Shown: piece by piece, positions 1 to 8,893 of the stretch
Layout: every line of letters begins with the position of its first letter
Position numbering within the stretch: position 1 is the first letter of the stretch
Assembly: GCA_016840095.1 (NCBI GenBank)
Contig: JAEOSZ010000078.1
Span: 1 to 25,061 of the forward strand
Direction of reading: 5' to 3'
Length of the DNA: 25,061 nt
Origin: Candidatus Heimdallarchaeota archaeon
GTDB taxonomy: Archaea > Asgardarchaeota > Heimdallarchaeia > Heimdallarchaeales > Heimdallarchaeaceae
Notes under the pieces: generated by a model
The model's database searches: none
What the model was told of the DNA's origin: nothing
The model's input: the letters and a program-made list of their open reading frames with translations, nothing else
Translations under genes and position numbers: made by a program

Positions 1-8
1 AGTGTAAG

Positions 9-23
9 AAAAAACTTTTAAAA
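9..23 (+). promoter_or_regulatory. BRE/TATA promoter of tRNA-Ile
   Basis: AAAAAACTTTTAAAA about 30 nt upstream of the tRNA; same A-run + YTTWWAA pattern as other promoters in the window. Confidence 0.65.
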
Positions 24-49
24 GAAAGAATAAAGGAAAAATGCAGTAA

Positions 50-127
50 GGGGCACTAGCTCAGCTTGGTTAGAGCGCACGGCTGATAACCGTGAGGTCG
101 GCAGTTCGAATCTGCCGTGCCCCACCA
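50..127 (+). tRNA. tRNA-Ile(GAU), intronless, CCA encoded
   Basis: Acceptor GGGGCAC/GTGCCCC; D arm GCTC/GAGC; anticodon arm CACGG-CTGATAA-CCGTG (GAT at 85-87); T arm GGCAG-TTCGAAT-CTGCC; A73 + CCA. Confidence 0.97.
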
Positions 128-194
128 TCTAACTCTTATCAATCAAAATTATAATAAATGTTCTTCTGTTCCTTTCAAATGATAAGGTGATATT

Positions 195-569
195 TTGAAT
201 TCTGCTGATATAGATGGTGTCAATAAAACTTTGCAGATATACTTTGAAGGTAATAAAGAACTTAATTCCCAGAAGATTCTATCTGTTTGGGATGAAAATC
301 TCAAGATAATCTCTACTGAAAAAACACAAGGTCCTCCTGCTTGGATTGAAATGGAGGAATATTACCGTAAGGAAGTTGATGATGATATGTCCAAATGGGG
401 AATAGAGTTTGATGTTAAAACTATGGATGTTTTTAGAAACTGCGCATCAGTTAGGGTTGATGTAAAATATAGGGTTGATACTAGAACTTTCAAAGAAACC
501 CAATTTCTTCATTTACTTAAGAGGGGAGCTGATTGGATAATATACAGTAAGATTTTTACATTTTACTAG
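195..569 (+). CDS. NTF2/SnoaL-like fold protein (putative lumazine-binding-2 type)
   Basis: 124 aa; TTG start after AAGGTGA SD; N-terminal YFEG and C-terminal FLHLLKRGADWIIYSKIF match the family pattern. Confidence 0.65.
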   Translation: MNSADIDGVNKTLQIYFEGNKELNSQKILSVWDENLKIISTEKTQGPPAWIEMEEYYRKEVDDDMSKWGIEFDVKTMDVFRNCASVRVDVKYRVDTRTFKETQFLHLLKRGADWIIYSKIFTFY

Positions 570-598
570 TCTTTCTCTTATTTCTTTTCTTCCAAAAA

Positions 599-808
599 TT
601 ACTTCTTTTTGCTTTCATTTGGATTATAGGAGAACTCTTCGGAGTTTTTCAATATCTTAATAAGCTTGTATATTCCATCTATCTCTTTTACACTTGCTCT
701 AGGTTTCTCTGTAATGATATCTTCTAAAATGAGAACTGTTAGGTTATCATCTTTTCTTTCCGATAGTTTAGGAATAGAATTTATTAGCTCTTCAATATCT
801 TTTTCCAT
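599..808 (-). CDS. small hypothetical protein (69 aa)
   Basis: ATG with AAGTGA SD-like element upstream; fills an intergenic gap; typical K/E-rich composition; no recognisable family. Confidence 0.5.
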   Translation of the reverse strand: MEKDIEELINSIPKLSERKDDNLTVLILEDIITEKPRASVKEIDGIYKLIKILKNSEEFSYNPNESKKK

Positions 809-939
809 CTAGAATCACTTTGATATTTGTTAATTCCAATACCTAATTTCATCTTTTGATGGAATGTATTACGTGGGTATTCATAACTAAAATGGTGTAA
901 ACAATTAAAATTTTAAATGCACTTTGCTTCTTCTATATA

Positions 940-1359
940 ATGAATTCTTCTGAAGATCAAGATGATTCCATCTCTGCTGGAGCAGAACTTCTACTTAAAG
1001 GTTGGAAAATGCTCAATAAAGCCTGTCCTGTTTGTGTAGAACCACTCTATGAAAATGATGGTAAAGTTGTATGTGTAAAATGCAAAAAAGAATATATTCT
1101 GGTAGATTCAAAATCTGAATTCCCCCACACTAAAACTTCAGCAGTTAAGGATTCTGCAAATAGTATTCCTACAAAGGATTATAGTTCATTTGATTTCAGC
1201 TCTCTACCTCCAACTTTAGCTGATACAGCAAAAATAATACTTGTAAAGATTACAAATTTAAGTGCTAAACTAGAACAAGCATCAGATCCTAAGGAAATTG
1301 CAGAAATTTCCTCCTCTATTAAGTCTCTAGTTGATTCTCTTCGTTCTCTGGCTTCTTAG
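940..1359 (+). CDS. Autoantigen-p27 / UPF0148 family Zn-ribbon protein (SSSCA1/ZNRD2-like)
   Basis: GAELLLKGWKMLNKACPVC...VVCVKC signature plus C-terminal helical region; TTTTAAAT at 911-918 suggests a leaderless transcript. Confidence 0.85.
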   Translation: MNSSEDQDDSISAGAELLLKGWKMLNKACPVCVEPLYENDGKVVCVKCKKEYILVDSKSEFPHTKTSAVKDSANSIPTKDYSSFDFSSLPPTLADTAKIILVKITNLSAKLEQASDPKEIAEISSSIKSLVDSLRSLAS

Positions 1360-3799
1360 GGTCTTTTTTTACCTTTTCTCTTTTTAAGAATTCAAGTTCA
1401 TCTTTCATTCCCTTGATTTCTTCTCCAGTCTCAATTTCGTTATAATTTGTATAAATAAATTCAATTATATCAGAAGCTATTTTCTCCCCAATACCTTGAA
1501 CTTCAAAGAAATCTTCTAGCTTTGCGTTCATAATTTCTTTAATGGAACCAAAATGCTTCAGTATTCTACTTGAAATTTTATAGTCAACATGTGGCAATGA
1601 TGCAATCGATTCTTCTAATTGTGATTTGAGACCCATGCCTTTTCTTTTACCTATTGAGATACTTCGTTTTCTTTCTTCTTGTTCTCTTCTTGCAAGAGCA
1701 TATAGGATTTCAGCTGTTTCTTTTTGGTTTTGTGTATGAATAATTGGCAATCTGAAGTCAGCAGCTAATGATGTTAAAGCACCTGCCAATGCATGTGGAT
1801 GAAGTGATGAACTGAACAAATTAAATTCTCCTTCCAAAATCATCAGAGGTTTTGTACAACTTGCAACTAACACTTTAGCTTGAGAGAATAATCTTTTATC
1901 TAGAATTGATTTAATGAAATCATCGCCAGTCTTTCTTTCAACTACGATTTGGTCTGAACAGATATAATCTCCAATTTCAAGTCTTTCAAATCCGAGTTCA
2001 ACATCTTTGTTCATCAACTCCTTGATAACAACAGAGTTTTGTTCTCTACTATCACAAATAACTTTGATTTTTCCTTCTTCCTTTTCGAATTCAATAGTTT
2101 TAGCTTCTTTCTCAAGTTTTTCAATATCTTCTAGTCTTTCTTCTACTTGATTTTGGGTTTTAGCAGATACTTTTTCTGCTTCTTGGAGAAAATCCATAAT
2201 GCCTTTCTGTTTGTCTTTAGCAGCTACTACCTTTTCTTTTGCAGGTCTTTCAAGCTTCTTTACAAGTTTTTTCATTTTTTGAGCCTGTCTCTTGGAAGCC
2301 CACATATAGGCTTCATCTCTAGTTCCCTCCGCAATAAGCATTATTACTTTTCCTTCTTTTCTTCTTCCAGTTCTCCCTTTCCTTTGAATCAGTCTTATAG
2401 CACTTGGAACAGCATCATAGAAAATGACAAGCTCACACTCACCAATATCCAGTCCTTCTTCTGCAACACTAGTTGAAACTAATGCATTGTAGGTTCCATC
2501 TCGAAAGGCTTGCATAATCTCAATTTGTTCTTTTTGAGAAAGTCCCTTCTCTCCTTTTGCTGAAGATTGTCCTACAAACCAGTGAGCTTCTACAGAGTCT
2601 ATTTTATTTAACTCTTCACTGATCATCTTAGAAGCTACTCTGAAATGAGCAAAAACAAGTATTCTGTTATTGGGATTCTTTGCTAATTCCTCAGATACAA
2701 TCTCCTTTAATCTCTCTAATTTAGGGTGAATGATTTTTTGCTCTTGAAGAACTTGAACGGATTCTACAACTCTTCTCATCTCATCAGAGAACATTAATTC
2801 TTTTAGTGCTCTACTTCCTTTTCCAAATTTGATATCATTAATTTGACCTTCCAAGTATTTACTTAACGAAGGTATTCCTTGAGTTTCGATTAATTCAATT
2901 GCATGAGATAATCTAATAGAATTTCCAACAAGAGACATAGCTCTGAAAAAATCTGTTCTATCTTCTTGATCAGAATTGCTAAAAATCTCATTCACTCTTG
3001 CTCGCAGCTGTAATAGCTCTCTCCTAGGATTATTTTTTGGTGATGCTGATTTAATTATTTTAAGCTCCTTCAACCCCTCTAACATGATTTTAAAGAGATC
3101 ACCAAGAGTATCAATTATCGTTTTAAATTCATTTGACAATGGGATTATTTCCCAATTTTCTTCTATTTCATGTATATACTGTCTTACATCATCTGAACTT
3201 TCATCACGCATTTCAACATTTGTGATTCCAAGATTTGATTGAACTAAATCAATTCTTTCAATTTTTGAACCAGGACTAGCTGTTATCCCTAATAACAATG
3301 GATTAGTTGCCTTCTTGAGGTATTGTTCAGCAATGAAAACATAGCTATGATCTCCTACAGCTTTATGTGCTTCATCTAAGCACAAAAACACAACTTCTTC
3401 AAGTTTTATTCTTCTTTGGATTATATCGTTTTGAATTGTTTGTGGAGTTGTAATGAATACTTGACCATTACTCCAAATATCTTTCCTTTTTTTTGGATCA
3501 ATTTGACCTGAAACTTGAACTATCTTGTCTTGATCGATATTTAGTGAATTTCTAGTTGTTCGTTCATGCTGATCAAGCAGAGGTTTAGTAGGGGCACAAA
3601 AAACAATTTTTCCTTCAGGAAATTTTTCTAGTCTATGAGCTGTTATCATAAGATATAACACGGTTTTACCTAAACCTGTCGGTAAGATAACCAGTGAATT
3701 CTGTTTTATACAAGATGCAAAGAGTGTTTGTTGGTACAATCTAGCTTCTATAGAATTCGGTTTGATTAATGGATGGTTTAGGTATTCAGTTTTGTTCAT
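1319..3799 (-). CDS. hef: Hef (FANCM/Mph1-like DEAH helicase + ERCC4 nuclease + HhH)
   Basis: LPTGLGKT, DEAH, TASPG, QRKGRTGR; ERCC4 GDY...VERKT..D; C-terminal VQGIGEKIA. Start is ATG 3799 or GTG 3817. Confidence 0.95.
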   Translation of the reverse strand: MNKTEYLNHPLIKPNSIEARLYQQTLFASCIKQNSLVILPTGLGKTVLYLMITAHRLEKFPEGKIVFCAPTKPLLDQHERTTRNSLNIDQDKIVQVSGQIDPKKRKDIWSNGQVFITTPQTIQNDIIQRRIKLEEVVFLCLDEAHKAVGDHSYVFIAEQYLKKATNPLLLGITASPGSKIERIDLVQSNLGITNVEMRDESSDDVRQYIHEIEENWEIIPLSNEFKTIIDTLGDLFKIMLEGLKELKIIKSASPKNNPRRELLQLRARVNEIFSNSDQEDRTDFFRAMSLVGNSIRLSHAIELIETQGIPSLSKYLEGQINDIKFGKGSRALKELMFSDEMRRVVESVQVLQEQKIIHPKLERLKEIVSEELAKNPNNRILVFAHFRVASKMISEELNKIDSVEAHWFVGQSSAKGEKGLSQKEQIEIMQAFRDGTYNALVSTSVAEEGLDIGECELVIFYDAVPSAIRLIQRKGRTGRRKEGKVIMLIAEGTRDEAYMWASKRQAQKMKKLVKKLERPAKEKVVAAKDKQKGIMDFLQEAEKVSAKTQNQVEERLEDIEKLEKEAKTIEFEKEEGKIKVICDSREQNSVVIKELMNKDVELGFERLEIGDYICSDQIVVERKTGDDFIKSILDKRLFSQAKVLVASCTKPLMILEGEFNLFSSSLHPHALAGALTSLAADFRLPIIHTQNQKETAEILYALARREQEERKRSISIGKRKGMGLKSQLEESIASLPHVDYKISSRILKHFGSIKEIMNAKLEDFFEVQGIGEKIASDIIEFIYTNYNEIETGEEIKGMKDELEFLKREKVKKDPKKPENEENQLET

Positions 3800-3913
3800 T
3801 ATTGACCACGACAGCACTTAGCAGTAAATGATTAATATTTGGATATATAAACAATAGTTCTTTTTTGATTTTCCTCTAAGGACTTCTTTTATCGTTCAAG
3901 TTAAAAATAGTTA

Positions 3914-3928
3914 ACGAAGTTTTTAAAA
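3914..3928 (+). promoter_or_regulatory. BRE/TATA promoter of valS
   Basis: ACGAAGTTTTTAAAA in the divergent hef/valS spacer. Confidence 0.5.
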
Positions 3929-4031
3929 TGGTTCTTACAATCTTTCAAACGTTAAGGCTTTGAAAGATATGGGTGTGTAATCACTCAATTTTTAAAGCAA
4001 TGAAAAACAGCAATATTAAAGGGTGACAACT

Positions 4032-6500
4032 GTGAGTGATTTCGTCCCTAAACTAACAGAAAAAACATATGATCCTCAGAAGCAAGATTTGATGATTTTC
4101 AAAAAATGGCAAGATGAAAGATTATTTGCTTTTAACAAATCATCAGGAAAAACCATCTTTACAATTGATACTCCTCCACCTTATGCAAATGCTCCTTGGC
4201 ATATGGGGGGTGCTATACACTATAGCCAAATAGATATGATTGCGAGATACAAACGTATGGCTGGTTTTGAAATCCTGTTTCCTATGTGTCTAGATCGAAA
4301 TGGTCTACCTATAGAAGTACAAACTGAAAAGAAGTTCAAAATTTCTATGCATGATGTTCCAAGAGAGGACTTTCTAAATAAATGCAAACAAATCTTAGAT
4401 GAGGTAGGTGACATGATTCTTGATGTTTGTAGATTACTAGGCTTTAGTAATAACTCTCTGGAATGGGCTGAAATCTACAAAACAGATGAAGTACAGTATA
4501 GAACACTGACACAAGCCACTTTCATAAAATTGTTCAAAGAAGGGCAAATCTATGAAGATGATCGTCCTAATAATTATTGTACTAGATGTAAAACCACAAT
4601 AGCTGATAATGAGATTGATTATAAATCTGGTTCTCACATTCTTTATGATATTAGATTTACAGTTAAAGAAACTGGTGAAGATCTTATTATATCCACATCT
4701 AGGCCTGAGTTGATTCCCGCCATTGGAGTAGTAATTTACAATCCAAAGGACGAACGTTATCAGCATTTGAAAGGAAAAACTGCAATTACACCTGCATTTG
4801 GAGATGAGATACCAATACTTCCACACCATTACGCAAAAATGGAGTTTGGTACAGGAATAATGATGGTTTGTGCTTACGGTGATTCTGGTGATGTACAAAT
4901 CTTCAGAGAACTAAAGCTTAATCCAAAAACCATAATTGATACAGATGGTAAAATAACTGATAAAGTTCCTGAATTTGCTGGTTTAAAAGTAAAGGAAGCT
5001 AAAAAGCAAATTGCCGAAAAACTTGAACAAGGAGGACACATTGTCGAAAAGGCTGATGCCCCTCACAATTTCCCTATTTGTTCTAGATGTAAGACCTCAG
5101 TAGAGTTTTTAGCTATGCCCGAATATTATTTGAAACAAATAGATTATCTCCCAAAACTTCACGAATATGCACAAAGTATGCAATTCTTCCCACCGTTTAT
5201 GAGACAAGTGTGGGTAGATTGGCTGAATACTGTATCAATTGATTGGCCAATAAGTCGAAGACGCTACTACGGAACTGAAGTTCCAGTATGGTATTGCAAA
5301 GGTTGTAAACACCCTAACTTACCAGAACCGGGAAATTACTACCAACCTTGGAAAGATGATCCCCCATTTGATTCCTGTCAAAATTGCGGGAATAATGAAG
5401 GTTTTGAGGGTGATTTAAGAACATTCGACACATGGATGGATTCTTCACTTAGTGAAATATATACAATCATGCACCCTCACAACAAAAAGGATCAATCTTT
5501 GTTCGAAGAACTCATTAGTAGACCGTATATTTGTGATGTGCGACCTTCTGCAAAAGATATCGTACGAACTTGGTTACATTATACAATGCTAAGAGGATTA
5601 CAACTATATGATAAACCAGCTTTTAAATATGCATGGATATCTGGTTTTGTAGTTGATAAAAACGGGGAAAAGTTCTCTAAAAGTGCAGGATCCGCAATTA
5701 AACCCGAAGATATGATTGAAAAGTACGGTGGAGATGCAGTAAGGTTTTATGGAGCAGCTGAAGCTAGTCATGGTTCAGATATACGATTCAACCAACAGAG
5801 GCTTCAAGGAGTTTCGAAATTTATAAATAAACTTTATAATATTGCCAAATTCCTTAGTCGATTTCCGATTATAGAAGATGAGTCTGAAATTTCTCTTCAG
5901 CCTGCTGATGAGTGGATACTTTCTGAATTAGCTAAAGTAGTAGAAGAAGCTAGAATTGGATATGAAATTTTTGATTTTCAAATTCCAGCAAAGACTCTCA
6001 GAAATTTTGCTTGGGAAACATTCGCTTCACATTATGTTGAAATGGTAAAAGGTAGAGCATACAATAGAACTGATTCCTATAAAGAGAAGGAACAGAAAGC
6101 TGCTTGGTATACTTTGCATAAAGTAATGAAAGAATTAACAAAAGCATTTGCTCCGATAATTCCTTTTGTAACAGATTTAATATATAGGGGAATTTATAGT
6201 TCAAGTGTTCATTTACAAGCATTTCCAAAGCCTAATGAAATAATTAAGAAGCCAAAGTTCACAGGTTTAACATCACTATTACTAGAAATTAATTCTGCAA
6301 TATGGAAATATAAGAAGGATAGGAAACTACCTTTGAATACTCCAATTAAGAAAGCATATCTTCCTGAAGAACTATTTCCCTTGATGAGTGATCTTCAATC
6401 AATGCATGGAATTGAAAACACAGTAAAAAATATAGAGGGTATAAAGGAAGGAGAGATAATTAATCTCAATGAAGAAACTTCTATAAACCTGAAATTATAA
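4032..6500 (+). CDS. valS: valine--tRNA ligase (archaeal type)
   Basis: DTPPPY; HIGH-equivalent HMGG; SRPEL editing region; DWPISRRRYYG; DTWMDS; KMSKS-equivalent KFSKS. Start moved to GTG 4032 after GGGTGA SD (track gives 4023). Confidence 0.93.
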   Translation: MSDFVPKLTEKTYDPQKQDLMIFKKWQDERLFAFNKSSGKTIFTIDTPPPYANAPWHMGGAIHYSQIDMIARYKRMAGFEILFPMCLDRNGLPIEVQTEKKFKISMHDVPREDFLNKCKQILDEVGDMILDVCRLLGFSNNSLEWAEIYKTDEVQYRTLTQATFIKLFKEGQIYEDDRPNNYCTRCKTTIADNEIDYKSGSHILYDIRFTVKETGEDLIISTSRPELIPAIGVVIYNPKDERYQHLKGKTAITPAFGDEIPILPHHYAKMEFGTGIMMVCAYGDSGDVQIFRELKLNPKTIIDTDGKITDKVPEFAGLKVKEAKKQIAEKLEQGGHIVEKADAPHNFPICSRCKTSVEFLAMPEYYLKQIDYLPKLHEYAQSMQFFPPFMRQVWVDWLNTVSIDWPISRRRYYGTEVPVWYCKGCKHPNLPEPGNYYQPWKDDPPFDSCQNCGNNEGFEGDLRTFDTWMDSSLSEIYTIMHPHNKKDQSLFEELISRPYICDVRPSAKDIVRTWLHYTMLRGLQLYDKPAFKYAWISGFVVDKNGEKFSKSAGSAIKPEDMIEKYGGDAVRFYGAAEASHGSDIRFNQQRLQGVSKFINKLYNIAKFLSRFPIIEDESEISLQPADEWILSELAKVVEEARIGYEIFDFQIPAKTLRNFAWETFASHYVEMVKGRAYNRTDSYKEKEQKAAWYTLHKVMKELTKAFAPIIPFVTDLIYRGIYSSSVHLQAFPKPNEIIKKPKFTGLTSLLLEINSAIWKYKKDRKLPLNTPIKKAYLPEELFPLMSDLQSMHGIENTVKNIEGIKEGEIINLNEETSINLKL

Positions 6501-6524
6501 GTTATATGAATTGGTAACATTCAA

Positions 6525-6830
6525 TTACCAATTAGGTATTTTTTTTCTTACTCTTGTTTCTGGAGTTCCTTTAACCATATGACCCTCAACTTGAATTGTG
6601 GTGTCATCTGAAACCTTAATCTTAAAAACTTGGTTTAATTTTGGAACCCACAGAGATTTTTTCTTTGTTAAAACTCTTAGGAGATTTGATGTTTCTTCTT
6701 CAATAACGCCTTTTACTCCAATTAAATCTTCAGAAGAACTATGTACTATTTCTATTTCTAGACCTACCAATGACGAAGAAAGGATTCTCCAAACCTTAGA
6801 TTTCCGTTTAACGCTATTTTTACTTGACAT
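6525..6830 (-). CDS. rnp1: ribonuclease P protein component 1 (Rpp29/Pop4)
   Basis: LVGLEIEIVHS...GVKGVIEEETSN...VPK...VEG...PETR; canonical position after uL29; TAATG overlap. Confidence 0.9.
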   Translation of the reverse strand: MSSKNSVKRKSKVWRILSSSLVGLEIEIVHSSSEDLIGVKGVIEEETSNLLRVLTKKKSLWVPKLNQVFKIKVSDDTTIQVEGHMVKGTPETRVRKKIPNW

Positions 6831-7033
6831 TAAATCTCATCTAGTTCGGTCATAATAGTCATAATTCTAGCAATAGCTTTTTTGTATTCTTGAATTTGAC
6901 CTGGATTTTCAATTGATCCACCAGATGATAATTCTGATTGAACTGTAAATAGCTTCTTCTTGTATTCGTCCAGTTTTTTGAGCCTTTGATTTTTGTTAAG
7001 TTTTCTAATTTCACTTGTTCTTATTAGTGCCAT
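6830..7033 (-). CDS. rpl29: 50S ribosomal protein uL29
   Basis: EIRKL...ENPGQIQEYKKAIARIMT; GGAGTGA SD upstream. Confidence 0.95.
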   Translation of the reverse strand: MALIRTSEIRKLNKNQRLKKLDEYKKKLFTVQSELSSGGSIENPGQIQEYKKAIARIMTIMTELDEI

Positions 7034-7047
7034 ATCACTTCACTCCT

Positions 7048-8016
7048 TTATTTCTTCTTGGACTTCTCTTCCTTTGGCTTCTCTTCCTTAGGAGCTTCTT
7101 TCTTAGCTTTTTCTTCCTTAGGAGCTTCTTTCTTAGCTTTTTCTTCCTTAGGAGCTTCTTTTGGTTTTTTAGTTTTATCTTCTTTTTCTGTCTTTGAAGC
7201 TTTTTCTGTTTTCTTAGCTTTAGAAACCTTATCAACTTCTTCCAGTTCTTCGAACTCGTCTTTTGGTTTCTTCTTCTTTTTGTCTTTTTCCTCAGCTATT
7301 TTTTCGAGTTCTTCATCAATATCTGGAAATTCTTCTAGTTCTTCAATAACTTCTTCACTAACTTCTTCAATGATTTCTGGTTCTTCTACACCAGTATCAA
7401 CAATCATAGATGTGGAAGTTGGTTCAGCTTCAATAGCGATATCATCTGGTAAAATCGCATCTCCTCTCATGATTCGAACTTGAACGCCAATTAGTCCACG
7501 TCGAATAAGGGCTGTTGCTTTTCCTATATCAACAAATGTTTCTGCAGGATCTCCTGCTTTTGCTACAAATCCAGCTCTAAAAGTTTCAACTCTAGCTCTT
7601 TGACTTGTAATCTTTCCACTAATCTTAATTTCAACACCTTTTGCTCCAATTGATAATATACGTCTAATGATTCCATGAGCACTTCTACGGAAATGACGAC
7701 CTCTCTCTAAGGAGGATGCTAAACGATATGCCATGATTCGAGAATCAAGTTCTGGATTTTCTACTTCTGTTACTTCAATTTGAGGATTATCCAATTCATA
7801 TTGTTCTCGTAAAGCTTCAGTTATTCTGTGTATATTTCTTCCTCTCCCCCCAATGGCTAATCCTACTCTTCCTACTCGAAGAATTACACGATCTCCTAAA
7901 GGTGTTCTTCTAAGTTCAACTCCCCCATATTCAGCATTTTTCAATTCTTTAGCCAAATACTCATCAATTGCATTTCTTTGATATTTCTTTAATAGATAAT
8001 CTTTTGTTGTAGGCAT
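7048..8016 (-). CDS. rps3: 30S ribosomal protein uS3 with ~125-aa charged C-terminal tail
   Basis: KH domain IGGRGRNI; GAKGVEIKISGK; G.IGVQVRI. Start is ATG 8016 or GTG 8025. Confidence 0.96.
   Translation of the reverse strand: MPTTKDYLLKKYQRNAIDEYLAKELKNAEYGGVELRRTPLGDRVILRVGRVGLAIGGRGRNIHRITEALREQYELDNPQIEVTEVENPELDSRIMAYRLASSLERGRHFRRSAHGIIRRILSIGAKGVEIKISGKITSQRARVETFRAGFVAKAGDPAETFVDIGKATALIRRGLIGVQVRIMRGDAILPDDIAIEAEPTSTSMIVDTGVEEPEIIEEVSEEVIEELEEFPDIDEELEKIAEEKDKKKKKPKDEFEELEEVDKVSKAKKTEKASKTEKEDKTKKPKEAPKEEKAKKEAPKEEKAKKEAPKEEKPKEEKSKKK
7082..7161 (-). repeat. 30-bp tandem repeat (~2.7 copies) encoding KEAPKEEKAK in the uS3 tail
   Basis: TCTTCCTTAGGAGCTTCTTTCTTAGCTTTT repeated perfectly on the + strand. 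Confidence 0.95.
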
Positions 8017-8021
8017 AATTC

Positions 8022-8486
8022 TCACATCTCGGCTACTTCAGCTACTAATTCTACATGGACAAATTGTCTCACTTTAGGTGATGAGCTTCCATGAGCTCGA
8101 TAAAATATTGCTTGTTGTCTTGATCCTTGTAGAGTTACAGCATGAGTAATCCTACACCTATCTAATTGTAATTGGTTATTTTCTGCGTTGTTTTCTAAGT
8201 TCTTTACAACTCTAAGAATTTCATTTGCAGCTTTTACAGGATATCTGCCACCTGTCCAACCTACTACAGTACTTTTGTGCCCAACATTTCTTTTGAAACG
8301 CTTGTATGGAACTGCAAGTTTCTTGTCAATTACTGCTTCAAGAAATTCAATAGACTGATGAATTGTCATACCTTTAATTGTGTTACAAATTTCGCGAGCA
8401 GCCTTTCTACTGATTTCTATGTCTCTTGCAGAAGCTTTGGCTGATCTGTCGGGATCTGTTTGAACTGAATATTTGTATTTTGGCAA
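8022..8486 (-). CDS. rpl22: 50S ribosomal protein uL22
   Basis: ISRKAAREICNTIKG, GRYPVKAA, YRAHG; TTG start after AGGAG. Confidence 0.96.
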   Translation of the reverse strand: MPKYKYSVQTDPDRSAKASARDIEISRKAAREICNTIKGMTIHQSIEFLEAVIDKKLAVPYKRFKRNVGHKSTVVGWTGGRYPVKAANEILRVVKNLENNAENNQLQLDRCRITHAVTLQGSRQQAIFYRAHGSSSPKVRQFVHVELVAEVAEM

Positions 8487-8544
8487 TCTAATATCTCCTG
8501 TATATTCTTCTTATTATTGACTACATTAGCGAGTAAGGATACAA

Positions 8545-8558
8545 TTTTTAAGGTTTAT
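8545..8558 (-). promoter_or_regulatory. BRE/TATA promoter of the rpl22-rps3-rpl29-rnp1 unit
   Basis: Minus strand reads ATAAACCTTAAAAA about 60 nt upstream of the rpl22 start. Confidence 0.55.
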
Positions 8559-8716
8559 TAACGGATACAAATTGTATTTACTATTACCCGGCAAGTAAAA
8601 TCGACCATTTAATATTTAAAATGGTTTTCTTTAATGAGCAAATATTTGAAATTAAATAATTCGTAATTTAAGAGGTTTTTAGAGCTTTTTTTTAATATTT
8701 CAAAATACTTAACAAT

Positions 8717-8731
8717 AAAAACTATTAAAAA
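8717..8731 (+). promoter_or_regulatory. BRE/TATA promoter of the rps17 operon
   Basis: AAAAACTATTAAAAA; 14/15 identical to 12776-12790. Confidence 0.7.
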
Positions 8732-8751
8732 GATAGATGTTGGAGGGAAGC

Positions 8752-8893
8752 TGTCGAAAATAGTTTCAAAATAGATGGAAACTAGACAAAGGTATGCGAC
8801 GTCTAACTTCAAAGAAATTTGGAGCCGAGATTGTTCTCCTATGTTTTTGATATACATGGGATAACATGGGTATTAGACGCTTTACCGAGGTGA
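8752..8893 (+). promoter_or_regulatory. candidate structured 5' leader RNA of the rps17 operon
   Basis: Nested stems found by eye (see findings), ending at the GAGGTGA SD. Confidence 0.5.

Noticed and set aside
836-885. Minus-strand ATGA...stem as a eukaryote-like SECIS element
   Set aside because: No matching GA on the 3' arm and no gene with an in-frame UGA nearby.
50-940. tRNA-Ile plus two small genes as an integrated element
   Set aside because: No integrase and no duplicated tRNA 3' end (att site) found in the window.
4197-5685. ValRS motif variants HMGG and KFSKS as signs of inactivation
   Set aside because: The gene is full length with the other motifs intact; such variation in HIGH/KMSKS is tolerated in class I synthetases.
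7035-7235. Very basic 66-aa ORF in an alternative frame of the uS3 tail (possible frameshift product)
   Set aside because: Expected shadow of K/E/A repeat codons; no canonical slippery heptamer or SD found.
7058-7483. Ser/Phe-rich antisense ORFs (also 10026-10277, 13094-13414, 24645-25031)
   Set aside because: Reverse complements of GAA/GAT/AAA-rich tails that lack stops by composition.
8609-8857. 82-aa minus-strand ORF in the rpl22/rps17 spacer
   Set aside because: No SD or family resemblance, F/I/L/K composition typical of AT-rich non-coding DNA, and it overlaps the rps17 promoter and leader.
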